A stretch of 62,314 bases of DNA, counting the filler, from Dirinaria sp. TL-2023a (lineage: Eukaryota), in NCBI GenBank assembly GCA_051941275.1. It is 17 parts of 17 records of this genome, joined end to end, with 100 filler letters (N's around TTAATTAATTAA, not from the genome) between each part and the next. Parts side by side here need not be neighbours in the genome. Positions count along the whole stretch, not along the records: positions 58,770 to 62,314 come from JAVEBF010002024.1; 16 more parts are not named here. The stretch is one strand, 5' to 3'. Below the pieces are notes generated by a model. It made no database searches, had not been told where the DNA came from, and saw only the letters and a list, made by a program, of their open reading frames with translations. This document shows, in pieces, positions 61,372 to 62,314 of the stretch. Made by a program: the position numbers and the translations under genes. Every line of letters starts with the position of its first letter. The first letter of the stretch is position 1.

Positions 61372-62314
61372 ATGCCACCAGCAGCCCAATTCACCTCAAC
61401 TCCGACAAATCCACCATCATCCATCCTCGTCATTGGCGCCGGCGTCTTCGGTCTCTCCACCACTCTCTCCCTCCTTCTCTCCCCGCACTACAAACCCACC
61501 CAAATCACCCTCCTCGACACCCACGCTCCTCCTAGTGACGGCCTCCACTCCCAGGACTCCTTCAATCCGCACGCCGCATCCATAGACACCTCGCGCATCA
61601 TCCGCGCCGACTACGCCAACCCTGTATACTCCCGTCTCGCGGAAGAAGCACAACAGCATTGGCGCACCGAATACACGGAAAACGGGATATACCATGAAAG
61701 CGGGATCGCCATCCTGGGAGAACAGGGTAAGAGCGGGTGGGAGTACATAGAAAAAAGCAGGCAGAATGTGGGATGCGAAGCGGGCGGAGAGGTACAGGGG
61801 CTGGATAATGTGGAGGAAATCAAGAAAGCTCTGAAGACAGGAGGTAGCGTGGGCAAGGCCGGGTACATCAACCGTTGCAGCGGGTGGGCGGATGCGGGCG
61901 CAGCGATGGCTGCAATGCGACGACGAGTAGATGAAGAAGCGCGACAGCAAGGGAGGAGAAACCTGTGGAAGCGAGGAACAGCGATCGAACTACTTTCCGC
62001 CGCAGAACCGGGCACTACCAGCACCCAACAACAACGCCGAGAACGACGAAGGAAAATCACCGGCATCCGCCTCTCCTCGGGCGAAACACTCACAGCATCC
62101 CTAACGATCCTCGCAACGGGAGCATGGACAGGCTCACTGATCGATCTGCGGGGCCGCGCCGAAGCCACCGCGCAAGTCCTCGCCTACATCGACCTAACCC
62201 CCACCGAACATACCCAACTGCAAAAAATGCCCGTCGTCCTGAACCTCTCCAGCGGACTCTTCGCCATCCCGCCCTCCCCAACCTCCAAAACCCCAACCTT
62301 CAAAATCGCCCGCC
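61372..62314 (+). CDS. FAD-dependent oxidase (sarcosine/pipecolate/fructosyl-amino acid oxidase family), 3'-truncated; missing from the supplied ORF track
   Basis: MPPAAQFTSTPTNPPSSILVIGAGVFGLST (Rossmann GxGxxG), NPHAASIDTSRIIRADY, YHESG, GYIN..SGWADA, ILATGAW. Frame open to the window end. Confidence 0.92.
   Translation, partial: MPPAAQFTSTPTNPPSSILVIGAGVFGLSTTLSLLLSPHYKPTQITLLDTHAPPSDGLHSQDSFNPHAASIDTSRIIRADYANPVYSRLAEEAQQHWRTEYTENGIYHESGIAILGEQGKSGWEYIEKSRQNVGCEAGGEVQGLDNVEEIKKALKTGGSVGKAGYINRCSGWADAGAAMAAMRRRVDEEARQQGRRNLWKRGTAIELLSAAEPGTTSTQQQRRERRRKITGIRLSSGETLTASLTILATGAWTGSLIDLRGRAEATAQVLAYIDLTPTEHTQLQKMPVVLNLSSGLFAIPPSPTSKTPTFKIAR

Noticed and set aside
1..62314. A multi-gene cluster or operon-like system spanning the window
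   Set aside because: Neighbouring contigs are adjacent only because of length sorting. No CRISPR array, prokaryotic operon or biosynthetic core gene was seen.

Overview
This window is not contiguous DNA. It is 17 unrelated contigs of about 3.55-3.60 kb, sorted by decreasing length and joined by an artificial N44-TTAATTAATTAA-N44 spacer, so gene order across spacers is meaningless. The DNA is from a filamentous ascomycete (Pezizomycotina-type 18S, short GT-AG introns with CTRAC/CTAAT branch sites). Recognisable content: an rDNA fragment (28S 3' end, complete intergenic spacer, 18S 5' part) and housekeeping genes (EHD3/HIBCH, ATP11, a peroxisomal aryl/acyl-CoA ligase, ARMH3/DUF1741, ISA1, TBP, RPB12, OMS1). 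It also holds a Myb factor, PI-PLC, acid sphingomyelinase, an APH-like kinase, a GST, an FAD oxidase, a NACHT NLR-like gene, and decayed pogo and copia elements plus pseudogenes. Most interesting observations: (1) an unassigned, highly structured ~270-nt RNA candidate with a full RNA polymerase III signature (21164-21486); (2) an intact gene fusing a probably dead retropepsin-like domain to a cellular-type RNase H (59449-60663); (3) a ~170-nt non-coding element in two unrelated contigs with conserved base-pairing (16391-16560 and 44676-44845); (4) RIP-like hypermutation biased to CpC rather than CpA. All family assignments are from motif recognition by eye; no searches were run.
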